Part shown: in pieces, positions 15,401 through 29,500 of the stretch
Layout of the letters: each line of letters begins with the position of its first letter
How positions within the stretch are numbered: the first letter of the stretch is position 1
Source of the DNA: the human T2T-CHM13v2.0 reference genome, Homo sapiens
Direction: 5' to 3' (one strand)
NCBI RefSeq assembly: GCF_009914755.1
Contig: NC_060937.1
Length of the DNA stretch: 64,000 nucleotides
The notes under the pieces: model-generated
The model's database searches: none
The model's input: only the letters and a program-made list of their open reading frames with translations
What the model was told of the DNA's origin: nothing
Translations under genes and position numbers: made by a program

Positions 15401-18400
15401 ACAAAGTACAAAAAGTATAAAATATATACTGTACATAAAATATGAAATTTCATCAAATATATATTAAGTACATAAAATATGAAAGTACATCAAATATAGA
15501 TTATATACTGTACATAAAATATCAATGTACCCCAAATATATATGTTATACTCTACATGAAATATCAAAGTTCACAAACCATATATTATATACTGTACATA
15601 AAATATCAAAGTACCCAAGTTATATATTCTATACTGTACAAAAAATATCAAAGTACCCAAAGCATGTATTATATACTGTACATAAAATATGAAAGTACAT
15701 CAAATATATATTTTATTCTTTACATAAAATATCAAAGTACACCAGATATATATTCTATAGTGTACATAAAATATCAAAGTACCCAAACTATACATTATAT
15801 ACTGTACATAAAATATGAGATTACATCAAATATATATTATATTAGGTACATAAAATATGAAAGTACATCAAATATAGATTATATACTGTACATAAAATAT
15901 CAAAGTACCCCAAATATATATTATATACTCTAAATGAAATATCAAAGTTCACAAACTATATATTATATACTGTACATAAAATATCAAAGTACCCAAGGTA
16001 TATATTCTATACTGTACAAAAAATATCAAAGTACCCAAAGCATGTATTATATACTGTACATAAAATATGAAATTACATCAAATATATATTTTATTCTGTA
16101 CATAAAATATCAAAGTACACCAGATATATATTCTATAGTGTACATAAAATTACAAAGTACACAAACTATACATTATATACTGTACATAAAATATGAAATT
16201 ACATCAAATATATATTAGGTACATAAAATATGAAAGTACATCAAATGTAGATTATATACTGTACATAAAATATCAAAATACCCCAAATATATATTATATA
16301 CTCTACATGAAATATCAAAGTTCACAAACTATATATTATATACTGTATATAAAATATCAAAGTACCCAAGGTATATATTCTATACTGTACAAAAAATATC
16401 AAAGTTCCCAAAGCATGTATTATATACTGTATATAAAATATGAAAGCACATCAAATATATATTTTCTTCTGTACATAAAATATCAAAGTACACCAGATAT
16501 ATATTCTATAGTGTACATAAAATATCAAAGTACCCAAACTATACATTATATACTGTACATAAAATATGAAATTACATCAAATATATATTATATTAGGTAC
16601 ATAAAATATGAAAGTACATCAAATATAGATTATATACTGTACATAAAATATCAAAGTACCCCAAATATATATTATATACTCTACATGAAATATCAAAGTT
16701 CACAAACTATATATTATATACTGTACATAAAATATCAAAGTACCCAAGGTATATATTCTATAATGTAAAAAAAATATCAAAGTACCCAAAGCATGTATTA
16801 TATCCTGTACATAAAATATGAAAGTACATCAAGTATATATTTTATTCTGTACATAAAATATCAAAGTACACCAGATATATATTCTATAGTGTACATAAAA
16901 TAACAAAGTACACAAACTATACATTATATACTGTACATAAAATATGAAATTACATCAAATATATATTAGGTACATAAAATATGAAAGTACATCAAATATA
17001 GGTTATATACTGTACATAAAATATCAAAGTACCCCAAATATATATTATATACTCTACATGAAATATCAAAGTTCACAAACTATATATTATATACTGTACA
17101 TAAAATATCAAAGTACCCAAAGTATATATTCTATACTGTACAAAAAATATCAAAGTACCCAAAGCATGTATTATATACTGTATATAAAATATGAAAGTAC
17201 ATCAAATATATATTTTATTCTGTACATAAAATATAAAAGTACACCAGATATATATTCTATAGTGTACATAAAATATCAAAGTACCCAAACTATACATTAT
17301 ATACTGTACATAAAATATGAAATCACATCAAATATATATTATATTAGGTACATAAAATATGAAAGCACATCAAATATAGATTATATACTGTACATTAAAT
17401 ACCAAAGTACCCCAAATATATATTTTATACTGTACATGAAATATCAAAGTTCACAAACTATATGTTATATACTGTACATAAAATATCAAAGTACCCGAGG
17501 TATATATTCTATACTGTACAAAAAATATCAAAGTACCCAAAGCATGTATTATATACTCTACATAAAATATGAAAGTACATCAAATATATATTTTATTCTG
17601 TACATAAAATATCAAAGTACACCAGATATATATTCAATAGTGTACATAAAATATAAAAGTACCCAAACTATACATTATATACTGTACATAAAATATGAAA
17701 TTACATCAAATATATTTTATATTAGGTACATAAAATATGAAACTACATCAAATATAGATTATATACTGTACATTAAATACCAAAGTACCCCAAATATATA
17801 TTTTATACTGTACATGAAATATCAAAGTTCACAAACTACATATTATATACTGTACATATATCAAAGTACCCGAGGTATATATTCTATACTGTACAAAAAA
17901 TAACAAAGTACCAAAAGCATGTAATATATACTGTACCTAAAATATGAAAGTACATCAAATATATATTTTATTCTTTACATAAAATATCAAAGTACACCAG
18001 ATATATATTCTATAGTGTACATAAAATATCAAAGTACCCAAACTATACATTATATACTGTACATAAAATATGAAATTACATCAAATATATATTAGGTACA
18101 TAAAATATGAAAGTACATCAAATATAGATTATATACTGTACATAAAATATCAAAGTACCACAAATATATATTATATACTGTACATGAAATATCAGAGTTC
18201 ACAAACTATATATTATATACTGTACATACAATATCAAAGTACCCAAGGTATATATTCTATACTGTACAAAAAATATCAAAGTACCCAAAGCATGTATTAT
18301 ATACTGTACATAAAATATGAAAGTACATCAAATATATATTTTATTCTGTACATAAAATATCAAAGTACACAAGATATATATTCTATAGTGTACATAAAAT

Positions 18401-18900
18401 AACAAAGTACAAAAACTATAAAATATATACTGTACATAAAATATGAAATTTCATCAAATATATATTAAGTACATAAAATATGAAAGTACATCAAATATAG
18501 ATTATATACTGTACATAAAATATCAATGTACCCCAAATATATATGTTATACTCTACATGAAATATCAAAGTTCACAAACCATATATTATATACTGTACAT
18601 AAAATATCAAAGTACCCAAGTTATAAATTCTATACTATACAAAAAATATCAAAGTACCCAAAGGATGTATTATATACTGTACATAAAATATGAAAGTACA
18701 TCAAATATATATTTTATTCTTTACATAAAATATCAAAGTACACCAGATATATATTCTATAGTGTACATAAAATATCAAAGTACCCAAACTATACATTATA
18801 TACTGTACATAAAATATGAGATTACATCAAATATATATTATATTAGGTACATAAAATATGAAAGTACATCAAATATAGATTATATACTGTACATAAAATA
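12441..18900 (+). repeat. Recent 3001-bp tandem duplication (8 higher-order units)
   Basis: Near-identical ORF pairs 12933/15934, 13192/16193, 13943/16944, 15069/18070 and 15442/18443 are all offset 3001 = 4x373 + 4x378 - 3. Boundaries are approximate. Confidence 0.92.
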
Positions 18901-19029
18901 TCAAAGTACCCCAAATATATATTATATACTCTACATGAAATATCAAAGTTCACAAACCATATATTATATAGTGTACATAAAATATCAAAGTACCCAAGGT
19001 ATATATTCTATACTGTACAAAAAATATCA

Positions 19030-20540
19030 AAGTACCCAAAGCCTGTATTATATACTGTACATAAAATATGAAAGTACATCAAATATATATTTTATTCTGT
19101 ACATAAAATATCAAAGTACACCAGATATATATTCTATAGTGTACATAAAATATCAAAGTACCCAAACTATACATTATATACTGTACATAAAATATGAAAT
19201 TACATCAAATATATATTATATTAGGTACATAAAATATGAAAGTACATCAAATATAGATTATATACTGTACATAAAATATCAAAGTACCCCAAATATATAT
19301 TATATAGTGTACATGAAATATCAAACTTCACAAACTATATATTATATACTGTACATAAAATAGCAAAGTACCCAAGGTATATATTCTATCCTGTACAAAA
19401 AATATCAAAGTACCCAAAGCATGTATTATATACTGTATATAAAATATGAAAGTAACATCAAATATATATTTTATTCTGTACATAAAATATCAAAGTACAC
19501 CTGATATATATTCTATAGTGTACATAAAATATCAAAGTACAAAAACTATAAATTATATACTGTACATAAAATATGAAATTACATCAAATATATATTGGTA
19601 CATAAAATATGAAAGTACATCCAATATAGATTATATACTGTACATAAAATATCAATGTACCGCAAATATATATTTTATACTCTACATGAAATATCAAAGT
19701 TCACAAACCATATATTATATACTGTACATAAAATATCAAAGTACCCAAGGTATATATTCTATACTGTACAAAAAATATCAAAGTACCCAAAGCCTGTATT
19801 ATATACTGTACATAAAATATGAAAGTACATCAAATATATATTTTATTCTGTACATAAAATATCAAAGTACACCAGATATATATTCTATAGTGTACATAAA
19901 ATATCAAAGTACCCAAACTATACATTATATACTGTACATAAAATATGAAATTACATCAAATATATATTATATTAGGTACATAAAATATGAAAGTACATCA
20001 AATATAGATTATATACTGTACATAAAATATCAAAGTACCCCAAATATATATTATATAGTGTACATGAAATATCAAACTTCACAAACTATATATTATATAC
20101 TGTACATAAAATAGCAAAGTACCCAAGGTATATATTCTATCCTGTACAAAAAATATCAAAGTACCCAAAGCATGGATTATATACTGTATATAAAATATGA
20201 AAGTAACATCAAATATATATTTTATTCTGTACATAAAATATCAAAGTACACCTGATATATATTCTATAGTGTACATAAAATATCAAAGTACAAAAACTAT
20301 AAATTATATACTGTACATAAAATATGAAATTACATCAAATATATATTGGTACATAAAATATGAAAGTACATCCAATATAGATTATATACTGTACATAAAA
20401 TATCAATGTACCGCAAATATATATTTTATACTCTACATGAAATATCAAAGTTCACAAACCATATATTATATACTGTACATAAAATATCAAAGTACCCAAG
20501 GTATATATTCTATACTGTACAAAAAATATCAAAGTACCCA
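19030..20540 (+). repeat. 751-bp tandem duplication carrying private indels
   Basis: GAAAGTAACATC (1-bp insertion; ORF starts 19446/20197), CACCTGAT, TATATTGGTAC (6-bp deletion), TACCGCAAAT and AAATAGCAAAG each recur at +751. Boundaries are approximate. Confidence 0.88.
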
Positions 20541-23500
20541 AAGCATGTATTATATACTGTACATAAAATATGAAAGTACATCAAATATATATTTTATTCT
20601 GTACATAAAATATCAAAGTACACCAGATATATATTCTATAGTGTACATAAAATATCAAAGTACCCAAACTATACATTATATACTGTACATAAAATATGAA
20701 ATTACATCAAATATATTTTATATTAGGTACATAAAATATGAAAGTACATCAAATATAGGTTATATACTGTACATAAAATATCAAAGTACCCCAAATATAT
20801 ATTATATACTCTACATGAAATATCAAAGTTCACAAACTATATATTGTATACTGTACATAAAATATCAAAGTACCCAAAGTATATATTCTATACTGTACAA
20901 AAAATATCAAAGTACCCAAAGCATGTATTATATACTGTATATAAAATATGAAAGTACATCAAATATATATTTTATACTGTACATAAAATATAAAAGTACA
21001 CCAGATATATATTCTATAGTGTACATAAAATATCAAAGTATGCAAACTATACATTATATACTGTACATAAAATATGAAATCACATCAAATATATATTATA
21101 TTAGGTACATAAAATATGAAAGTACATCAAATATAGATTATATACTGTACATTAAATACCAAAGTACCCCAAATATATATTTTATACTGTACATGAAATA
21201 TCAAAGTTCACAAACTATATGTTATATACTGTACATAAAATATCAAAGTACCCGAGGTATATATTCTATACTGTACAAAAAATATCAAAGTACCCAAAGC
21301 ATGTATTATATACTCTACATAAAATATGAAAGTACATCAAATATATATTTTATTCTGTACATAAAATATCAAAGTACACCAGATATATATTCTATAGTGT
21401 ACATAAAATATAAAAGTACCCAAACTATACATTATATACTGTACATAAAATATGAAATTACATCAAATATATTTTATATTAGGTACATAAAATATGAAAG
21501 TACATCAAATATAGATTATATACTGTACATTAAATACCAAAGTACCCCAAATATATATTTTATACTGTACATGAAATATCAAAGTTCACAAACTACATAT
21601 TATATACTGTACATATATCAAAGTACCCGAGGTATATATTCTATACTGTACAAAAAATAACAAAGTACCAAAAGCATGTAATATATACTGTACCTAAAAT
21701 ATGAAAGTACATCAAATATATATTTTATTCTTTACATAAAATATCAAAGTACACCAGATATATATTCTATAGTGTACATAAAATATCAAAGTACCCAAAC
21801 TATACATTATATACTGTACATAAAATATGAAATTACATCAAATATATATTAGGTACATAAAATATGAAAGTACATCAAATATAGATTATATACTGTACAT
21901 AAAATATCAAAGTACCACAAATATATATTATATACTGTACATGAAATATCAGAGTTCACAAACTATATATTATATACTGTACATAAAATATCAAAGTACC
22001 CAAGGTATATATTCTATACTGTACAAAAAATATCAAAGTACCCAAAGCATGTATTATATACTGTACATAAAATATGAAAGTACATCAAATATATATTTTA
22101 TTCTGTACATAAAATATCAAAGTACACCAGATATATATTCTATAGTGTACATAAAATTACAAAGTACACAAACTATACATTATATACTGTACATAAAATA
22201 TGAAATTACATCAAATATATATTAGGTACATAAAATATGAAAGTACATCAAATGTAGATTATATACTGTACATAAAATATCAAAGTACCCCAAATATATA
22301 TTATATACTCTACATGAAATATCAAAGTCCACAAACTATATATTATATACTGTATATAAAATATCAAAGTACCCAAGGTATATATTCTATACTGTACAAA
22401 AAATATCAAAGTTCCCAAAGCATGTATTATATACTGTATATAAAATATGAAAGCACATCAAATATATATTTTATTCTGTACATAAAATATCAAAGTACAC
22501 CAGATATATATTCTATAGTGTACATAAAATATCAAAGTACCCAAACTATACATTATATACTGTACATAAAATATGAAATTACATCAAATATATATTATAT
22601 TAGGTACATAAAATATGAAAGTACATCAAATATAGATTATATAGTGTACATAAAATATCAAAGTACCCCAAATATATATTATATACTCTACATGAAATAT
22701 CAAAGTTCACAAACTATATATTATATACTGTACATAAAATATCAAAGTACCCAAGGTATATATTCTATAATGTAAAAAAAATATCAAAGTACCCAAAGCA
22801 TGTATTATATCCTGTACATAAAATATGAAAGTACATCAAGTATATATTTTATTCTGTACATAAAATATCAAAGTACACCAGATATATATTCTATAGTGTA
22901 CATAAAATAACAAAGTACACAAACTATACATTATATACTGTACATAAAATATGAAATTACATCAAATATATATTAGGTACATAAAATATCAACGTACCCC
23001 AAGTATATATTATATACTCTACATGAAATATCAAAGTTCACAAACTATATATTATATACTGTACATAAAATATCAAAGTACCCAAAGTATATATTCTATA
23101 CTGTACAAAAAATATCAAAGTACCCAAAGCATGTATTATATACTGTATATAAAATATGAAAGTACATCAAATATATATTTTATTCTGTACATAAAATATC
23201 AAAGTACACCAGATATATATTCTATAGTGTACATAAAATAACAAAGTACAAAAACTATAAAATATATACTGTACATAAAATATGAAATTACATCAAATAT
23301 ATATTAAGTACATAAAATATGAAAGTACATCAAATATAGATTATATACTGTACATAAAATATCAATGTACCCCAAATATATATGTTATACTCTACATGAA
23401 ATATCAAAGTTCACAAACCATATATTATATACTGCACATAAAATATCAAAGTACCCAAGGTATATATTCTATACTATACAAAAAATATCAAAGTACCCAA

Positions 23501-26500
23501 AGCATGTATTATATACTGTACATAAAATATGAAAATACATCAAATATATATTTTATTCTGTACATAAAATATCAAAGTACACCAGATATATATTCTATAG
23601 TGTACATAAAATATCAAAGTACCCAAACTATACATTATATACTGTACATGAAATATGAGATTACATCAAATATATATTATATTAGGTACATAAAATATGA
23701 AAGTACGTCAAATATAGATTATATACTGTACATAAAATATCAAAGTACCCCAAATATATATTATATACTCTACATGAAATATCAAAGTTCACAAACTATA
23801 TATTATATACTGTACATAAAATATCAAAGTACCCAAGGTATATATTCTATACTGTACAAAAAATATCAAAGTACCCAAAGCATGTATTATATACTGTATA
23901 TAAAATAAGAAAGTACATCAAATATATATTTTATTCTGTACATAAAATATCAAAGTACACCAGATATATATTCTATAGTGTACATAAAATATCAAAGTAC
24001 CCAAACTATACATTATATACTGTACATAAAATATGAAATTACATCAAATATATATTAGGTACATAAAATATGAAAGTACATCAAATATAGATTATATACT
24101 GTACATAAAATATCAAAGTACCCCAAATATATATTATATACTCTACATGAAATATCAAAGTTCACACACCATATATTATATACTGTACATAAAATATCAA
24201 AGTACCCAAGGTATATATTCTATACTGTACAAAAAATATCAAAGTACCCAAAGCATGTATTATATACTGTACATAAAACATGAAAGTACATCAAATATAT
24301 ATTTTATTCTGTACATAAAATATCAAAGTACACCAAATATATATTCTATAGTGTAGATAAAGTAACAAAGTACACAAACTATAAATTATATACTGTACAT
24401 AAAATATGAAATTACATCAAATATATATTATATTAGGTACATAAAATATGAAAGTACATCAAATATAGATTATATACTGTACATTAAATACCAAAGTACC
24501 CCAAATATATATTTTATACTGTACATGAAATATCAAAGTTCACAAACTATATATTATATACTGTACATAAAATATCAAAGTACCCAAGGTATATATTCTA
24601 TACTGTACAAAAAATATCAAAGTACCCAAAGCATGTATTATAAACTGTACATAAAATATGAAAGTACATCAAATATATATTTTATTCTGTACATAAAATA
24701 TCAAAGTACACCAGATATATATTCTATAGTGTACATAAAATATCAAAGTACACAAACTATGCATTATATACTGTACATAAAATATGAAATTACATCAAAT
24801 ATATATTAGGTACATAAAATATGAAAGTACATCACATATAGATTATATACTGTACATAAAATATCAAAGTACGCCAAATATATATTATATACTCTACATG
24901 AAATATCAAAGTTCACAAACTATACATTATATACTGTACATAAAATATCAAAGTACACAAGGTATATATTCTATACTGTACAAAAAATATCAAAGTACCC
25001 AAAGCATGTATTATATACTGTACATAAAATATGAAAGTACATCAAATATATATTTTATTCTGTACATAAAATATGAAAGTACACCAGATATATATTCTAT
25101 AGCGTACATAAAATATCAAAGTACCCAAACTATACATTATATACTGTACATAAAATATGAAATTACATCAACTATATATTATATTAGGTACATAAAATAT
25201 GAAAGTACATCAAATATAGAATATATACTGTACATATAATATCAATGTAACCCAAATATATATTTTGTACTCTACATGAAATATCAAAGTTCACAAACCA
25301 TATATTATATACTATACATAAAATATCTAAGAACCCAAGGTATATATTCTATACTGTACAAAAAATATCAAAGTACCCAAAGCATGTATTATATACTGTA
25401 CATAAAATATGAAAGTACATCAAATATATATTTTATTCTGTACATAAAATATCAAAGTACACCCGATATATATTCTATAGGGTACATAAAATATCAAAGT
25501 ACCCAAACTATACATTATATACTGTACATAAAACATGAAATTACATCAAATATATATTATATTAGGTACATAAAATATGAAAGTATATCAAATATAGATT
25601 ATATACTGTATATTAAATACCAAAGTACCCCAAATATATATTTTATACTGTACATGAAATATCAAAGTTCACAAACTATATATTATATACTGTACATAAA
25701 ATATCAAAGTACCCAAGGTATATATTCAATATTGTACAAAAAATATCAAAGTACCCAAAGCATGTATTATATACTGTACATAACATATGAAAGTACATCA
25801 AATATATATTTTATTCCGTACATAAAATATCAAAGTACACCAGATATATATTCTATAGCGTACATAAAATATCAAAGTACACAAACTATACATTATATAC
25901 TGTACATAAAATATGAAATTACATCAAATATATATTATATTAGGTACATAAAATATGAAAGTACATCAAATATAGATTATATACTGTACATTAAATACCA
26001 AAGTACCCCAAATATATATTATATACTCTACAGGAAATATAAAAGTTCACACACTATATATTATATACTGTACATAAAATATCTAAGTACCCAAGGTATA
26101 TATTCTATACTGTACAAAAAATATCAAAGTACTCAAAGCATGTATTATATACTGTATATAAAATATGAAATTACATCAAATATATATTTTATTCTGTACA
26201 TAAAATATCAAAGTACACCAGATATATATTCTATAGTGTACATAAAATAACAAAGTACACAATCTATAAATTATATACTGTACATAAAATATGAAATTAC
26301 ATCAAATATATATTAGGTACATAAAATATGAAAGTACATCAAATATAGATTATATACTGTACATATAATATCAATGTACCCCAAATATATATTTTATACT
26401 CTACATGAAATATCAAAGTTCACAAACCATATATTATATACTGTACATAAAATATCAAAGTACCCAAGGTATATATTCTATACTGTACAAAAAATATCAA

Positions 26501-29500
26501 AGTACCCAAAGCATGTATTATATACTGTACATAAAATATGAAAGTACATCAAATATATATTTTATTCTGTAAATAAAATATGAAAGTACACCAGATATAT
26601 ATTCTATAGTGTACATAAAATATCAAAGTACCCAAACTATACATTATATACTGTACATAAAATATGAAATTACATCAAATATATATTAGGTACATAAAAT
26701 ATGAAAGTACATCAAATATAGATTATATACTGTACATAAAATATCAAAGTACCCCAAATATATATTATATACTGTATATGAAATATCAAAGTTCACAAAC
26801 TATATATTATATACTGTACATAAAATATCAAAGTACCCAAGGTATATATTCTATACTGCACAAAAAATATCAAAGTACCCAAAGCATGTATTATATACTG
26901 TATATAAAATATGAAATTACATCAAATATATATTTTATTCTGTACATAAAATATCAAAGTACACCAGATATATATTCTATAGTGTACATAAAATAACAAA
27001 GTACACAAACTATAAATTATATACTGTACAAAAAATATGAAATTACATCAAATATATATTAGGTACATAAAATATGAAAGTACATCAAATATAGATTATA
27101 TACTGTACATATAATATCAATGTACCCCAAATATATATTTTGTACTCTACATGAAATATCAAAGTTCACAAACCATATATAATATACTGTACATAAAATA
27201 TCAAAGTACACAAGGTATATATTCTATACTGTACAAAAAATATCAAAGTACCCAAAGCATGTATTATATACTGCACATAAAATATGAAAGTACATCAAAT
27301 ATATATTTTATTCTGTACATAAAATATCAAAGTACACCAGATATATATTCTATAGTGTACATAAAATATCAAAGTACCCAAACTATACATTATATACTGT
27401 ACATAAAATATGAAATTACATCAAATATATATTATATTAGGTACATAAAATATGAAAGTACATCAAATATAGATTATATACTGTATATTAAATACCAAAG
27501 TACCCCAAATATATATTTTATACTGTACATGAAATATCAAAGTTCACAAACTATATATTATATACTGTACATAAAATATCAAAGTACCCAAGGTATATAT
27601 TCTATGCTGTACAAAAAATATCAAAGTACCCAAAGCATGTATTATATACTGTACATAAAATATGAAAGTACATCAAATATATATTTTATTCCGTACATAA
27701 AATATCAAAGTACACCAGATATATATTCTATGGCGTACATAAAATATCAAAGTACACAAACTATACATTATATACTGTACATAAAATATGAAATTACATC
27801 AAATATATATTATATTAGGTACATAAAATATGAAAGTACATCAAATATAGATTATATACTGTACATTAAATACCAAAGTACCCCAAATATATGTTTTATA
27901 CTGTACATGAAATATCAAAGTTCACACACTATATATTATATACTGTACATAAAATATCAAAGTACCCAAGGTATATATTCTATACTGTACAAAAAATATC
28001 AAAGTACCCAAAGCATGTATTATATACTGTATATAAAATATGAAAGTACATCAAATATATATTTTATTCTGTACATAAAATATCAAAGTACACCAAATAT
28101 GTATTCTATAGTGTACATAAAATAACAAAGTACAAAAACTATAAATTATATACTGTACATCAAATATGAAATTACATCAAATATATATTAGGTACATAAA
28201 ATATGAAAGTACATCAAATATAGATTATACACTGTACATAAAATATAAATGTAACCCAAATATATATTTTATACTCGACATGAAATATCAAAGTTCACAA
28301 ACCATATATTATATACTGTACATAAAATATCAAAGTACCCAAGGTATATATTATATACTGTACAAAAAATATCAAAGTACCCAAAGCATCTATTATATGC
28401 TGTACATAAAATATGAAAGTACATCAAATATATATTTTATTCTGTACATAAAGTATCAAAGTACACCAGATATATATTCTATAGAGTACATAAAATATCA
28501 ATGTACACAAACTATACATTATATACTGTACATAAAATATGAAATTACATCAAATATATATTAGGTACATAAAATATGAAAGTACATCAAATATAGATTA
28601 TATACTGTACACAAAATATCAATGTACCCCAAATATATATTTTATACTCTACATGAAATATCATAGTTCACAAACCATATATTATATACTGTACATAAAA
28701 TATCAAAGTACCCAAGGTATATATTCTATACTATACAAAAAATATCAAAGTACCCAAAGCATGTGTTATATACTGTACATAAAATATGAAAGTACATCAA
28801 ATATATATTTTATTCTGTACATAAAATATCAAAGTACACCAGATATATATTCTATAGTGTACATAAAATATCAAAATACCCAAACTATACATTATATACT
28901 GTACATAAAATATGAGATTACATCAAATATATATTATATTAGGTACATAAAATATGAAAGTACATCAAATATAGATTATATACTGTACATAAAATATCAA
29001 AGTACCCCAAATATATATTATATACTCTACATGAAATATCAAAGTTCCCAAACTATATATTATATATTGTACATAAAATATCTAAGTACCCAAGGTATAT
29101 ATTCTATACTGTACAAGAAATATCAAAGTACCCAAAGCATGTATTATATAGTGTATATAAAATATGAAAGTACATTAAATATATATTTTATTCTGTACAT
29201 AAAATATCAAAGTATACCAGATATATATTCTATAGTGTACATAAAATAACAAAGTACACAAACTATAAATTATATACTGTACATAAAATATGAAATTACA
29301 TCAAATATATATTAGGTACATAAAATATGAAAGTACATCAAATATAGATTATATACTGTACATATAATATCAATGTACCCCAAATATATATTTTATACTC
29401 TACATGAAATATCAAAGTTCACAAACGATACATTATATAGTGTACATAAAATATCATAGTACTCAAGATATGTATTCTATACTGTACAAAAAATATCAAA

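Noticed and set aside
20197-21660. Longest ORF (487 aa) and the many other Y/I/K-rich + strand ORFs with 14-aa repeats
   Set aside because: 42 and 378 are multiples of 3 and one consensus frame lacks stops, so ORFs arise automatically. They are broken haphazardly by 5-bp deletions and TAA variants and show no domain, unique region or gene context.
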